From NCBI GenBank assembly GCA_025558095.1, contig JAIVFI010000035.1, positions 248,001 through 312,000 on the forward strand: DNA of 64,000 bases, written 5' to 3'. A program made the translations under genes and the position numbers. Positions 63,872 through 64,000 of this stretch are shown here, in pieces (positions within the stretch are counted from its first letter, which is position 1; each line of letters opens with the position of its first letter). The notes beneath the pieces were generated by a model. That model was not told the origin of the DNA. It made no database searches and worked only from the letters and a program-made list of their open reading frames with translations. The stretch comes from Hyaloraphidium curvatum SAG 235-1. Taxonomy: Eukaryota > Fungi > Monoblepharomycota.

Positions 63872-64000
63872 TCAGCCAAACAGCTTGAAAGCAGGGTCGG
63901 CGGGCACAGCGGCCTTTGGCGCGACCGCCACCGTGGCCTGCTGGTGCTTGGCCAGACCCCCGAAGAGGTTGGCAAACAGCTCGTTCTTGAGCCCGTCCTC
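63872..64000 (-). CDS. C-terminal fragment of an unidentified gene continuing beyond the window
   Basis: Open frame EDGLKNELFANLFGGLAKHQQ...PAFKLFG* with coding-like codon use. Confidence 0.5.
   Translation of the reverse strand, partial: EDGLKNELFANLFGGLAKHQQATVAVAPKAAVPADPAFKLFG

Overview
Gene-dense, GC-rich eukaryotic DNA with many short GT-AG introns (mostly ~50-80 bp, CTGAC/CTAAC branch sites). Gene content and style fit an early-diverging (chytrid/monoblepharid-type) fungus; this is inference. About 33 protein-coding genes can be supported, most spliced, so the ORF track fragments them. Housekeeping genes: DPP3, TFIIIC subunit 6, Cid1/TUTase, Rqc2/NEMF, haspin, proteasome alpha-3, GMP reductase, USP. 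No rRNA, tRNA, CRISPR or transposon was recognised. Best candidate for an undescribed system: a PCO/ADO-type N-terminal cysteine dioxygenase (31033-~33225, minus) head-to-head with a GCN4-type bZIP factor whose probable N-terminus is Met-Cys-Tyr-Pro-Pro-Lys (33503-34844, plus), i.e. a possible linked O2-sensor plus Cys/Arg N-degron substrate. Other highlights: a divergent kinase/HAD pair matching two domains of ACAD10, each with a PTS1-like end; an intron-bearing FumI-like bacterial-type aminotransferase ending AKL; a DUF3427-like putative modified-DNA reader; a 12.5 kb island of secreted proteins (duplicated GloVer repeats with a fossil Cys-rich tail, a Cys-repeat GPI protein, a SUEL-lectin/toxin-like protein, an LRR protein); and a TM-repeat-CBM20 protein with STBD1-like architecture. 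All family calls come from motif recognition by eye; no database searches were run.
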